From NCBI GenBank assembly GCA_035503075.1, contig DATJTT010000019.1, positions 11,929 to 75,928 on the forward strand: DNA of 64,000 nucleotides, in the 5' to 3' direction. Every line of letters starts with the position of its first letter. The first letter of the stretch is position 1. The notes beneath the pieces were generated by a model. The model was not told the origin of the DNA. It saw only the letters and a list, made by a program, of their open reading frames with translations, and searched no databases. This stretch comes from Solirubrobacteraceae bacterium. Its GTDB lineage: Bacteria; Actinomycetota; Thermoleophilia; Solirubrobacterales; Solirubrobacteraceae. The position numbers and the translations under genes are program-made. This document shows, piece after piece, positions 47,344 to 56,352 of the stretch.

Positions 47344-47610
47344 TCAGTCGAGATTTTCGAGAATCTCGGTAGCGCGCGACCACTGGCTGGGCGCCACGAC
47401 GAGGTAGATGTCACCGCGCCCGTCCCGGTCCAACGGGTGATCAGCGACGCACCCCGCGTCAATCCCGAGCGCTCGCAACTGGTCACGCCATGCCACAGCT
47501 GTGCTCTGGTCCTCGAAGGTGCTGACGGTCTCCCAGCCCTCGAAGCACGGACCGTCGATCGCCACCGGAGGTTCACTAGCGGCGCCAGCCGATCGGCGGA
47601 AAAGACGCAT
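47344..47610 (-). CDS. small hypothetical protein (DUF2007-like)
   Basis: WETVSTFEDQSTA...L.ALGIDA...IYLVV......ATEIL; family call tentative. Confidence 0.55.
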   Translation of the reverse strand: MRLFRRSAGAASEPPVAIDGPCFEGWETVSTFEDQSTAVAWRDQLRALGIDAGCVADHPLDRDGRGDIYLVVAPSQWSRATEILENLD

Positions 47611-47744
47611 GACATCAGCGTACCGTGCGTGTCGCCTGCTCGCTGGACGTTCGTCGGAGATCGCGCGCGACCCTAAAGCACGCTCGCGCGTAACCCGATT
47701 GGGGAGTGCGGCTAGCTCCGCCACTCACGGAGAGCCGGGCCGCT

Positions 47745-47820
47745 AGTGGAAAAAGGCACACCTGCCGCGAGGCGGGCTCGCAAAGCCAGGGGTCTCTCGC
47801 AGATCGCCCAGCTGCCCGGC
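47745..47820 (+). ncRNA. c-di-GMP-I (GEMM-I) class riboswitch
   Basis: GGCACACC / TGCC-GCGA-GGCG GNRA stem / GG / CGCAAAGCC / GGG-GTCT..AGAT-CG-CCC / GCTGCC mirrors known GEMM-I aptamers; P1 is only about 3 bp. Confidence 0.82.
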
Positions 47821-47854
47821 AAGTTCATGAGTCTACACAAGGAGCTTTGCCGTT

Positions 47855-48322
47855 ATGTTTCACTTTTTCCAATCGAGAAAGGGGCGCCTGGCGTTCGGCC
47901 TCGGCGTCTGCCTCATCCTCGCGGCAGTTAGCGCGGTCGCGATCGCTTTCTGGACGGGCGCCGGCGAAGGGACGGGCACCGTCAAGGTCAACCACACCAG
48001 CCCTTCCCTCGAAGTGAGCGGTAGCCAAGCCGAAAACCTGTATCCGGGCGGCAGCGCCGCGATCACGGTTAAGGTCAAGAACACCGACGCCGGCGCGAAC
48101 GGCTACCTGGGCAGGCTGGAAGCGGAAGTCACGGGAACCTCGGCGGCGGAATGCAAAAGCCAGTGGTTCGAAGTCACGCCTGCGTCGCAGGAACCGGCCA
48201 CCGTGCTGGCGCCCGGCGAAACCAAGGAATACTCGGTGAGCCTGAAGATGAAAGAAGAAGCCAGCGTCAACCAGAATGCCTGCAAGGGCGCCACGGTCAC
48301 GATCCACTACACGGCCTCCTAG
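47855..48322 (+). CDS. secreted TasA/camelysin-like fibre subunit (candidate major pilin)
   Basis: Signal ending AIA|FWTGAGEG; NLYPGG...VKNT; C-terminal NQNACKGATVTI resembles TasA-family NL.PG and QN..QG motifs; Cys pair. Confidence 0.65.
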   Translation: MFHFFQSRKGRLAFGLGVCLILAAVSAVAIAFWTGAGEGTGTVKVNHTSPSLEVSGSQAENLYPGGSAAITVKVKNTDAGANGYLGRLEAEVTGTSAAECKSQWFEVTPASQEPATVLAPGETKEYSVSLKMKEEASVNQNACKGATVTIHYTAS

Positions 48323-48349
48323 CCCGGCTGGCCAGGCCGACCGGCTGGG
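48323..48349 (+). terminator. stem-loop between pilin and adhesin genes
   Basis: CCCGGCTGG / CCGGCTGGG, 9 bp with two GU pairs, immediately after the stop. Confidence 0.45.
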
Positions 48350-48371
48350 GTTGCAGAGAAAGGCGACGGCG

Positions 48372-50762
48372 ATGATCAGGCTCAAGCGAATCGCGGTTGC
48401 GACCGCCATTGCGTTGGGCCTGATCGCCCCAGGCGCACACGCGTACTGGTCGGGCAGCGGCGAAGGGAGCGGATCGGCGAGTCTCGCGACGCTCTCGCCG
48501 CCGGCGATCACGAGCGTGACACCGGGCGCTGACACGGTCGAACTGGAATGGTCGCCGGTCACGCCGCCCGGCCCCGGCGTCGTCGAGTACTACGTCACGC
48601 GCGATGGCGGCGCTCCGGGCAGCGGCTGCCCGGGCTCAAGCTCGCCTTCGACGACGACCCGCTGCACCGACACGGGCGTGTCGATCGGCACGCACCAATA
48701 CACCGTCACAGCCGTGTGGCGCAGCTGGACGGCGGAGAGCACAACCAGCACGGTGAGCGTCACATTCGGCGCCGCCACGCACTTCCAAGTAGAAGCCGCG
48801 AGCTCCACGCCCACCGCAGGCGAAGCGGATGACCTCACGATCACCGCCAAGGACGCTGCCGAGAACACAGACGCCAGCTACTCGGGCACGCACAGCCTGA
48901 TCTTCGAAGGCCCCTCCGAAGCGCCCAACGCCACCAAGCCGGTCGTGATCGACCAAGCGGGCGTCGCAAGCAAGCTCGGCCAAGCGACTCCGATCACCTT
49001 CAGCGAAGGCAAGGCGACGGTATCCGGATCGGCCAACGGAGCGCTGAAGCTCTACGACGCGCAGACCACCTCGCTGCAGGTCAAGGAAGGCAGCATCGAA
49101 GGCGCCTCGGGCTCCCTGACGGTCAAAGCGGGCACGGCCAGACGCTTGAGCGTGCCAACGCCAAGCGAACGCGAAGCGGGCGCCGCCTTCAACCTGACGC
49201 TCACCGCACTCGATGAATGGGGCAACGTCGCAACCGGCTACGCGGGCGCAAAGGCGCTCGCATTCAGCGAACCTGCCGACTCGCCCAGCGGCAAGGCGCC
49301 GAGCTATCCGGCGAGCGTCACGTTCACCGCGGGCGTCGGCACCGCCTCCTCGATCAAGCTGTACGACGCCCAGACCACGACGCTCGAGGCCAGCGAAGGC
49401 GCCATCGAAGGCGTCTCGGGCTCGTTCCTCGTCAAGGCGGGGCCGTCCAAGAAATTGAGCGTCACGACGCCAAGCGAACAGGAAGCTGGCGCCGCCTTCA
49501 ACGTCGCGCTCACGGCGATCGACGAATGGGGCAACACCGCCAAGACGTACACGGGGGCAAGGACGCTCACCTGGAGCGGCCCGTCGAGCTCCCCCAGCGG
49601 TCAGGCACCCGAATATCCCGCCTCGGCCACCACGGTGAGCTTCAGCGAAGGCGCGGCAACGGCCTCCGCGATCAAGCTGTATGACGCCCAGAGCACGACA
49701 CTCAAGGCCAAGGAAGGCAGCATCGAAGGGATCTCGGGCTCCTTTACCGTCAAGGCCGCGGCGCCGGCCAGCCTGAGCGTCTCGACCCCGTCCGAACCGA
49801 CCGCGGGCGCCGCCTTCAACGAGACCGTGACTGCCTTGGACGCCTGGCACAACGCGGCCAAGACCTATACCGGCGCAAGGACGCTCACGTGGAGCGGCCC
49901 GTCGAGCTCTCCCAGCGGTCAGGCACCCGAATATCCCTCCTCGGCCACCACGGTGAGCTTCAGCGAAGGCGCGGGCACCGCCTCCGCGATCAAGCTGTAT
50001 GCCGCTCAGACCACGGCGCTCAAAGTGAACGAAGGCTCGCTCTCGGGCACGTCCGGCTCCTTCGCCGTCAAGGCGGGCACGACCACCGACTTCACCATGC
50101 CGACGCCAGCCGAACAGCAGGCGGGCGTCGCCTTCAGCGTGACGCTCACGGCAACCGACGAATGGGGCAACCTCGCAAAGACCTACGCCGGTTCGAAGAA
50201 ACTGACCTTCAGCGAACCATCCGACTCCCCCGACGGGCAGGCGCCAAGCTACCCGGCTGCTGTCACGTTCAGCGAAGGCGTGGGCACGGCCTCGGCGATC
50301 AAGCTCTATGACGCACAAAACACGCAACTGAAGGTCAAGCTGAACACGGTCGAAGGCAGCTCGGGCTCCTTCACCGTGGATGCGGGCGCTGCCGAACACC
50401 TCGCTTGGTCACAGCCAGAAGTGACCAGCGGCGGCTTTAAATCAGGGAGCTCTCCGTTTGATTGCACGACCACCAGCATTGGCCACGGCGCCTTGTTCAA
50501 GGCCCGCGTGAGCGTTACCGATGCCTACGGGAACATCGTCAGCAACCTGGGCGCGACGATCACGGCGAAGGTGGAAAAGGCAAGCGGCGGCGGCACGCTG
50601 GCCAACTCTCGCGGCCTCACGATCCCCGCGTCCGGTCCGGCGGAATCCTCGGCGAGCTTCGAATACACGAGCCCTACGTCGGGCTCGAGCGAAGCGGTGC
50701 TGGCGCTCACCGGCGAAACGGGCACGGCCTATACCGAAGCAGAAGCGCACATTAAATACTAG
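48372..50762 (+). CDS. large secreted FN3/Ig-like repeat protein (candidate adhesin / minor fibre subunit)
   Basis: Signal AHA|YWSGSGEG; FN3-like domain with a Cys pair; five repeats of about 105 aa with D.WGN motif; no LPXTG or TM anchor. Confidence 0.75.
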   Translation: MIRLKRIAVATAIALGLIAPGAHAYWSGSGEGSGSASLATLSPPAITSVTPGADTVELEWSPVTPPGPGVVEYYVTRDGGAPGSGCPGSSSPSTTTRCTDTGVSIGTHQYTVTAVWRSWTAESTTSTVSVTFGAATHFQVEAASSTPTAGEADDLTITAKDAAENTDASYSGTHSLIFEGPSEAPNATKPVVIDQAGVASKLGQATPITFSEGKATVSGSANGALKLYDAQTTSLQVKEGSIEGASGSLTVKAGTARRLSVPTPSEREAGAAFNLTLTALDEWGNVATGYAGAKALAFSEPADSPSGKAPSYPASVTFTAGVGTASSIKLYDAQTTTLEASEGAIEGVSGSFLVKAGPSKKLSVTTPSEQEAGAAFNVALTAIDEWGNTAKTYTGARTLTWSGPSSSPSGQAPEYPASATTVSFSEGAATASAIKLYDAQSTTLKAKEGSIEGISGSFTVKAAAPASLSVSTPSEPTAGAAFNETVTALDAWHNAAKTYTGARTLTWSGPSSSPSGQAPEYPSSATTVSFSEGAGTASAIKLYAAQTTALKVNEGSLSGTSGSFAVKAGTTTDFTMPTPAEQQAGVAFSVTLTATDEWGNLAKTYAGSKKLTFSEPSDSPDGQAPSYPAAVTFSEGVGTASAIKLYDAQNTQLKVKLNTVEGSSGSFTVDAGAAEHLAWSQPEVTSGGFKSGSSPFDCTTTSIGHGALFKARVSVTDAYGNIVSNLGATITAKVEKASGGGTLANSRGLTIPASGPAESSASFEYTSPTSGSSEAVLALTGETGTAYTEAEAHIKY

Positions 50763-50967
50763 GCGATCAAAACCGAGCCGCTTCTCCTCGGCGTCTCCAC
50801 CGCGCAGCCGGTGGGCGGTCCGGAGCTTCTCGAGCCGCTGGCCCGTCGTGTTCGTTTCAAGGCCTGGCGCGGGGCTGCCGATGATCAATGGGTCAGGCTA
50901 TCCCGGTGATGCCGATACAGCTATGTCCTGTTTGGGAATGCGGAATCCGATGAGGAGATCTCAGGCG

Positions 50968-52299
50968 ATGAAAGGTCTGTTTGACCCTGCTGACCCCGGG
51001 CCGGTTGGGCTGGACCGGGTCGTTGCGCTGGCCCAGCGCCATCTCGGACTCGACGTCGTCTTCGTCGCCGAGCTGACGGGCGCCGGGCAGGTCTATCGCG
51101 CGGCCGCCGGAGACGTGGCGTCGTTCAATATCGTGGTCGATGGTCCGGCCTGCGACGCCGCGTTCTCTCGAAGACTGGTGGCAGGCGAGGTGCCGAGCTT
51201 CATCGGCGACACGGCAACCGAGTGCGTCGGTGGGCTGCCGGGTGCTTGCGAAGCGCACGTGGGCTCGGTCATCGGTGTCCCGTTGCGACTTTCAGGCGGG
51301 ACGCCATATGGAGTTCTCTGCGGCTTCAGCCACGCGGCGGACAGTACCCTCGACGAGCGCGACGTCGGCTTCATGTCGATGCTCGGCGAGCTCATTGCCT
51401 ACGATCTAGACGGGAGACGCAGCGAGGAGCTGATCCGGGAAGACATCCTGCGGTTGATCGAGAACGAGAGCGTCCAGGTGACGCAGAACATCGAGATCGC
51501 CTACCAGCCGATCATCGATCTGCTTCGCGGGCACTGTCTGGGGATCGAGGCGCTCGCCCGATTTCCGGAGCCATTTGCCGGGCCTGATGTCACGCTCGCC
51601 GCCGCGAGGACGGTGGGCCTTGCTCTGGAACTTGAACGCCTGCTGATCGTTCAGGCCTGGAAGATGATCGCGTTGCTCGGCCCGGGGCAGTTTTTGGCGC
51701 TGAACGTGTCCCCGGAAGCGTTGGTGGAGCTCGCTCGTCGCGCGAACCTCCGCGAGGATCTCCCACTGAGCCAGCTCGTCGTGGAGGTCACCGAGCACCA
51801 AGTGGTCGAGAGCTACGCCGCTCTCCACAGCGAGCTCGCGCCGCTGCGCGAGCGGGGATTGCGTATCGCGGTCGATGACGCGGGCGCTGGGTACGCGTCG
51901 CTGCGCCATGTGCTGGAGCTGCGACCGGACTTCATCAAGGTCGATCGCTGGCTAATAGACGGAATCGCCGACGATCACGCCCGGCGCGTCGCCGTCGGCG
52001 CGTTCCTGTCGCTCGCCTTGGATCTCGGGTCCAGCGTCGTCGCCGAGGGAGTCGAGCGCCCAGCCGACCTTGCCGCCGTCCGTAGCCTCGGGCTCCATGC
52101 GGCGCAGGGATACTTGCTCGGCAGGCCAACCACCAGCCAGGCTGCCCTGTCCCAATGGATCGGCCCCTCGCCGGCTGCACAGGGGCATGCGCCGCTGGCA
52201 GCGCGGAACGGGCTTGCGCGGACCCGGAAGACCGCGGCCAGGCCCAATACCGCGGCTAGGCCGGCCACGCCGCGCAAGAGGCCCGCTACGCCTTCCTAG
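50968..52299 (+). CDS. GAF-EAL c-di-GMP phosphodiesterase
   Basis: GAF (IGVPL...YGVLCG); AYQPI, EALARF, EVTE, DDAGAGY, IKVD, EGVE, QGY intact; GAGGAG before ATG 50968. Confidence 0.9.
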   Translation: MKGLFDPADPGPVGLDRVVALAQRHLGLDVVFVAELTGAGQVYRAAAGDVASFNIVVDGPACDAAFSRRLVAGEVPSFIGDTATECVGGLPGACEAHVGSVIGVPLRLSGGTPYGVLCGFSHAADSTLDERDVGFMSMLGELIAYDLDGRRSEELIREDILRLIENESVQVTQNIEIAYQPIIDLLRGHCLGIEALARFPEPFAGPDVTLAAARTVGLALELERLLIVQAWKMIALLGPGQFLALNVSPEALVELARRANLREDLPLSQLVVEVTEHQVVESYAALHSELAPLRERGLRIAVDDAGAGYASLRHVLELRPDFIKVDRWLIDGIADDHARRVAVGAFLSLALDLGSSVVAEGVERPADLAAVRSLGLHAAQGYLLGRPTTSQAALSQWIGPSPAAQGHAPLAARNGLARTRKTAARPNTAARPATPRKRPATPS

Positions 52300-54127
52300 G
52301 GCCCGGCGCGGTCTTTCGGGTTTTGCTTCGCGTCACACGCAGCGGCGACGCCAGCCCCTCACGCCGCAAGCCCGGCGCTCGTGCGGCTCGGTTGCGCCCC
52401 GGCTGGCCACGCTGGAAGCTGGTCGCCTCGGAGTCGAGGACGGGCAGGCCGCGCCCTTGCTTCTTGGACCTGTACATCGCCCCATCGGCGCGCTTGACGA
52501 TCTCCTCGGCCGTCATCGCCCCGACCCGTGCGCATGCTACCCCGACGCTCGCACGCACTTCGACGGGATCGTTGGAGAGCGCGAATGCCGTGCTCAGCGA
52601 CGCGCATATCCGGTGTGCGACCTGGATGGCGACCTCGGGCCCGGGGACATCCCGCAAGAGAACGAGGAACTCGTCGCCACCGAGGCGCCCGACGTGGTCC
52701 TCGCCTCGACTTGCGATCTTCAGACGCTCGGCCACAAGCACCAGCAGCTCATCGCCGGCGGCGTGGCCGAGGTTGTCGTTGACGGGCTTGAACTCGTCGA
52801 GGTCGATATAGATGACCGCGGTCATCGTCGAGCCGTCTCCTTCGAGCTCTCGTCGTACCGCAGCCAGGGTCGCTGCACGATTGTAAACACCGGTGAGGGC
52901 GTCAAATGTGGCGCGCCTCTCGAGCTCGAGGCGCGCTCGCGCGCTGTCTGTGACGTCGAGCACAGATGTGATCGCCCCGCTTACCCCGCCGCTCGGGCGC
53001 ATCAGCCTGCGGATGCTCATGAGCGCCGATCGCCGCTCTCCAGACGGCAGCACGAAATCGACCTCGACGTCTTGATCGACGCCCTCATCGAGCACCCGGT
53101 CGAGCGCCGTCTCGAACGTCGCCATAGCATCTCGTGTCAGAGTCCCAAGCAGGGTCGCTACCTCCGGTGCCACGCTTGGCTTGTGACCGTCGGAAGCCGG
53201 CGATGGCCCGTCGACGCGCGAGCTCACGTAACCCGAGCCACGGAGGATGTCCAGCAGACGGGCATTGTGGTATACGACGTTGCGGTTGGTGTCGAGTTGG
53301 AAAAGCCCCTCCGGCATTCCGTCGGTGAGGCGGCGTAGCAGCTCCTCTCGCTCCGCGAGCGCCTCCTGGGCCGCCATCTCGGCCGATACGTCGATTATCT
53401 CGACAAGCACGTGGTTGGAGTCCGCTTGGTTCAGGTAGTTGTGCAGCGTGCTGTCCACCCACATCCAACTCCCGTCCTTGCGCTTGTGGCGCCGACGCGT
53501 GTGCTGATCACGTCGAGTGGACAGCATCGTAAGCCAGCCCTCGATCACGCGCCCCTGGTCTTCCGGGTGGATCTGTTCGAGGATCGACTGGCCGATGAGC
53601 TCCTCGCGCGTATATCCGAACATCTGCGTGAACGCGTCGTCACATTCGAGAACGATGCCACCCTCATCCTCCATGAGCGTCGAGAACCGCGGCGCAGCGG
53701 GCGGCAGCTCCTGGTCGTCGTCGCACGGCTCAGCTGCGAGCTCGTTCGTAGGAATGATCACGCACAACAAAACGCCATGGATCTGACGGAGATCGAGGAA
53801 ATGCAGCGTCGCCCAGCGAGACGGCTTGTCCAGCATGCGCACCTCGCCCTTGGCCGCGCCGTCGTGTTTCGCGCGCTGCCAAAGATCGACGACCGTCGCG
53901 CGGTCGTCAGCGATGACGCCGTCGATCACCGCCCGTCCCTCGATCGCTGCCTGCCCCCACAGCGCCACGGCCCCGGGGATTGGGACGATCAAGCCATTGC
54001 TCGAAAGTCCGCAAACAAGCGCGTCGGGGTGCTCACGGAGCAACGCTTCCGCCGCCCGCTCGACCTGCAGGGTGGTCTGGTTGGCAAGCATTGGGTGTTG
54101 ATCGGGTTGGACGGTTGGGTTTGACAT
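52286..54127 (-). CDS. PAS/PAC-GGDEF diguanylate cyclase
   Basis: PAS domains; DALTGVYNR, DLDEFKPVND..GH..GD, I-site RGED, GGDEF intact. Confidence 0.92.
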   Translation of the reverse strand: MSNPTVQPDQHPMLANQTTLQVERAAEALLREHPDALVCGLSSNGLIVPIPGAVALWGQAAIEGRAVIDGVIADDRATVVDLWQRAKHDGAAKGEVRMLDKPSRWATLHFLDLRQIHGVLLCVIIPTNELAAEPCDDDQELPPAAPRFSTLMEDEGGIVLECDDAFTQMFGYTREELIGQSILEQIHPEDQGRVIEGWLTMLSTRRDQHTRRRHKRKDGSWMWVDSTLHNYLNQADSNHVLVEIIDVSAEMAAQEALAEREELLRRLTDGMPEGLFQLDTNRNVVYHNARLLDILRGSGYVSSRVDGPSPASDGHKPSVAPEVATLLGTLTRDAMATFETALDRVLDEGVDQDVEVDFVLPSGERRSALMSIRRLMRPSGGVSGAITSVLDVTDSARARLELERRATFDALTGVYNRAATLAAVRRELEGDGSTMTAVIYIDLDEFKPVNDNLGHAAGDELLVLVAERLKIASRGEDHVGRLGGDEFLVLLRDVPGPEVAIQVAHRICASLSTAFALSNDPVEVRASVGVACARVGAMTAEEIVKRADGAMYRSKKQGRGLPVLDSEATSFQRGQPGRNRAARAPGLRREGLASPLRVTRSKTRKTAPGPRKA

Positions 54128-54289
54128 TAGTCCGGTCGCGCCAGCGCTGCTTAAAACCGCACGCTAGGAGCACCCGCCCGCAGGATCGACCGCGAGCGGG
54201 TCACTCGTAAAGCCAACGGCCGGACTATGGACAAGTGGGCAGCGAGCCGTTCCGCGACGAAAGATCGAGCATGACGCTCGTTTGGCGTG

Positions 54290-54476
54290 GGCTGGCGCGG
54301 CCAGTCGGGATAGGGTCCGGTCTTGAGGTCGTCGAGCAGGCTCGGGTGGTGGGCTCGCAGCCGAACCGTTCGCGCGTCAGGGCGCCGAAGACCGGCTGGT
54401 CGGTGGCGAAGATCATGCCGAGCACGCCGAAGCTCTCGGGCGTGGCCGCGCCGCCGCGCGAGGTCTTGATCCTCAT
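54290..54476 (-). pseudogene. unidentified degenerate gene fragment
   Basis: Codon-biased stretch MRIKTSRGGAATPESFGVLGMIFATDQPVFGALTRERF; continues after a frameshift as HPSLLDDLKTGPYPDWP. Confidence 0.3.
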
Positions 54477-54641
54477 GGGTGTCGAGGCATGTGGCGCAGG
54501 CCCGTTTGAAGGCGAGCGCGCCGAGCTCACGCGGTCCACGGCCGGCTGGCGCTCCCGGTGTTTGATGCGCCCCCAACCGGGTAGGGGACGCGGAGTGAGC
54601 AGCAACGGGGAGACGCTTCGGCGTCGATGGAGGGAGTCTGG

Positions 54642-55580
54642 ATGCTGAAGGTCAAGATGCTTCTCGCTGGCGTCAGCGCTGTCACGGTTCTGCTCCTCGC
54701 GGCGCCGACGGGCGCGAGCGCCGCGTATCACGTGCCCTACGGCACCGAAGCGCTCGCGGCGTTCACCGCTGGCGAGACGCTCACGCCCACGACCGTCGTG
54801 GGCGCGAACGACGGCTGCAAGCCGAGCGCCGAACACCCCTACCCGGTCGTGCTCGTGCACGGCACGATCGAGAACGAGGGCTCGAACTGGATCACGCTCG
54901 CGCCGCTGCTTGCGAACGACGGCTACTGCGTTTACGCGTTGAACTACGGCGAAACGCCGCTCTCTGCGGGCCGCCTCGACGGTCTGGGCGAAATCCCACA
55001 CTCGGCGGAAGAACTCGGCGCTTTCGTGACCAAGGTACTCGCGCAGACCGGCGCGTCGAAGGTCGACATCGTCGGGCACTCGCAGGGCGGCATGATGCCC
55101 AACTACTACATCCACTTCCTCGGCGGCGCCCCGAAGGTGCACGAGCTCGTCGGGCTCGCGCCGAGCAACCACGGCACGACGGTCGAGGGGATCGCCGCAC
55201 TGCTGCGCGCGGTACCGGGCGTACCGGCGACTACGCTCACGCTGCTCGAACTGCTCGGCGCCCCTTCGCTGTCCGAACAGCTGATCGGCTCGGCGTTCAT
55301 GGCGAAGCTCTTCGGATCGGGCGAACCGCTCTCGCCGCAAGTTCGATACGTCGTGATCGAGACGACACACGACGAGGTCGTCACGCCGTACACGAATGCG
55401 TTCCTGCACGGCGCGAACGTCACGAACATCACGATCCAGGAACAGTGCCCCGAAGACCCGACCGGGCACATCGGCATGGATTGGGACTCGCCCGCGCTCC
55501 AGAACGTGCTGAACCAGCTCAGCCACAGCCCGGTCGCCGGGTTTCACGCGACGTGCGAAAACTTCGGGGCGAGTATCTAG
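54642..55580 (+). CDS. secreted lipase/esterase (class 2, alpha/beta hydrolase)
   Basis: Signal peptide; HPYPVVLVHGT, GHSQGG, HDEVVTPY, late His in TGHIG. Confidence 0.9.
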   Translation: MLKVKMLLAGVSAVTVLLLAAPTGASAAYHVPYGTEALAAFTAGETLTPTTVVGANDGCKPSAEHPYPVVLVHGTIENEGSNWITLAPLLANDGYCVYALNYGETPLSAGRLDGLGEIPHSAEELGAFVTKVLAQTGASKVDIVGHSQGGMMPNYYIHFLGGAPKVHELVGLAPSNHGTTVEGIAALLRAVPGVPATTLTLLELLGAPSLSEQLIGSAFMAKLFGSGEPLSPQVRYVVIETTHDEVVTPYTNAFLHGANVTNITIQEQCPEDPTGHIGMDWDSPALQNVLNQLSHSPVAGFHATCENFGASI

Positions 55581-55708
55581 CGCGCTCGCACGGGACGCGC
55601 GTGTCGGAGCAGATCGGCTCGGGCGGGACGAGCAGCCATCGAGAGCCCTCGCGATCGACACGCGGTCACGGATCTGGCGCAGCGGAGACGAATAGTAGGA
55701 TCGCGGAC

Positions 55709-56110
55709 GTGCCGTTCACGCTCAGGAACCTCAAGGAGGATCTGGAGGATCTCGGGTCCAACTTCGACGGCGCGCCGGACCTGGAGTTTCGCCACGCAAG
55801 CACGGCGCTCGAGCTCGAGCGGTGCGGGCTTTGCTACCAGCGCATCCCGCCCGGCTATCGCTTTCCATACGGCCACACGCATAAGGAACAGGAGGAGATC
55901 TACGTGGTCGTGCGCGGGAGCGGGCGGATGAAGCTCGACGACGAGCTCGTCGAGGTCAAAGAGTGGGACGTGGTTCGCGTCCCGCCCGGCACGTGGCGGG
56001 GCTACGAGGGCGGGCCGGAGGGCGTCGAGATCCTCGTCTTCGGTGCGCCCAGCCTCGGCGAGAAGCAGCGCGAGGACGTGGAAGGTCAGCGCGACTGGTG
56101 GGCTGACTAG
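55709..56110 (+). CDS. cupin domain protein
   Basis: GHTHKEQEEIYVVVRGSG, VRVPPGTWR. Confidence 0.85.
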   Translation: MPFTLRNLKEDLEDLGSNFDGAPDLEFRHASTALELERCGLCYQRIPPGYRFPYGHTHKEQEEIYVVVRGSGRMKLDDELVEVKEWDVVRVPPGTWRGYEGGPEGVEILVFGAPSLGEKQREDVEGQRDWWAD

Positions 56111-56239
56111 CGCCCGGTCGGGATCTCGCACGCGCCGGTGCTGCACGACGAGGACTGACTGAAACGCGACCTGCTCTGTTGACGCGACGAGCACCTCGAG
56201 CGCTCTCCGGCTCGAGTCTCGAAAAGCGCTGACAGGAGG

Positions 56240-56352
56240 GACACGGTAGACGTGTAGCGCCGCGCCGATGGGGTATGTCTGCGCGTCTACGAGCTCGAGC
56301 CGCAGCGGTGCGGTGAGAGCCTTGAACAGGGGCAACCCCTGCCCCAGCGCGA
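56240..56352 (-). pseudogene. RibD-C/dihydrofolate-reductase-family C-terminal remnant
   Basis: [37 protein letters not shown] begins right at the ALDH stop. Confidence 0.7.

Noticed and set aside
47855-50762. Type IV/Tad or sortase-dependent pilus
   Set aside because: No class III signal (G|F...E5), no LPXTG, and no ATPase, prepilin peptidase or sortase in the window.
54180-54245. Second GEMM-like RNA (GCGA loop, CGTAAAGCC) near the GGDEF start
   Set aside because: No GG.AAACC-like 5' element, no clean GNRA-capped P2 and no GCTGCC end.
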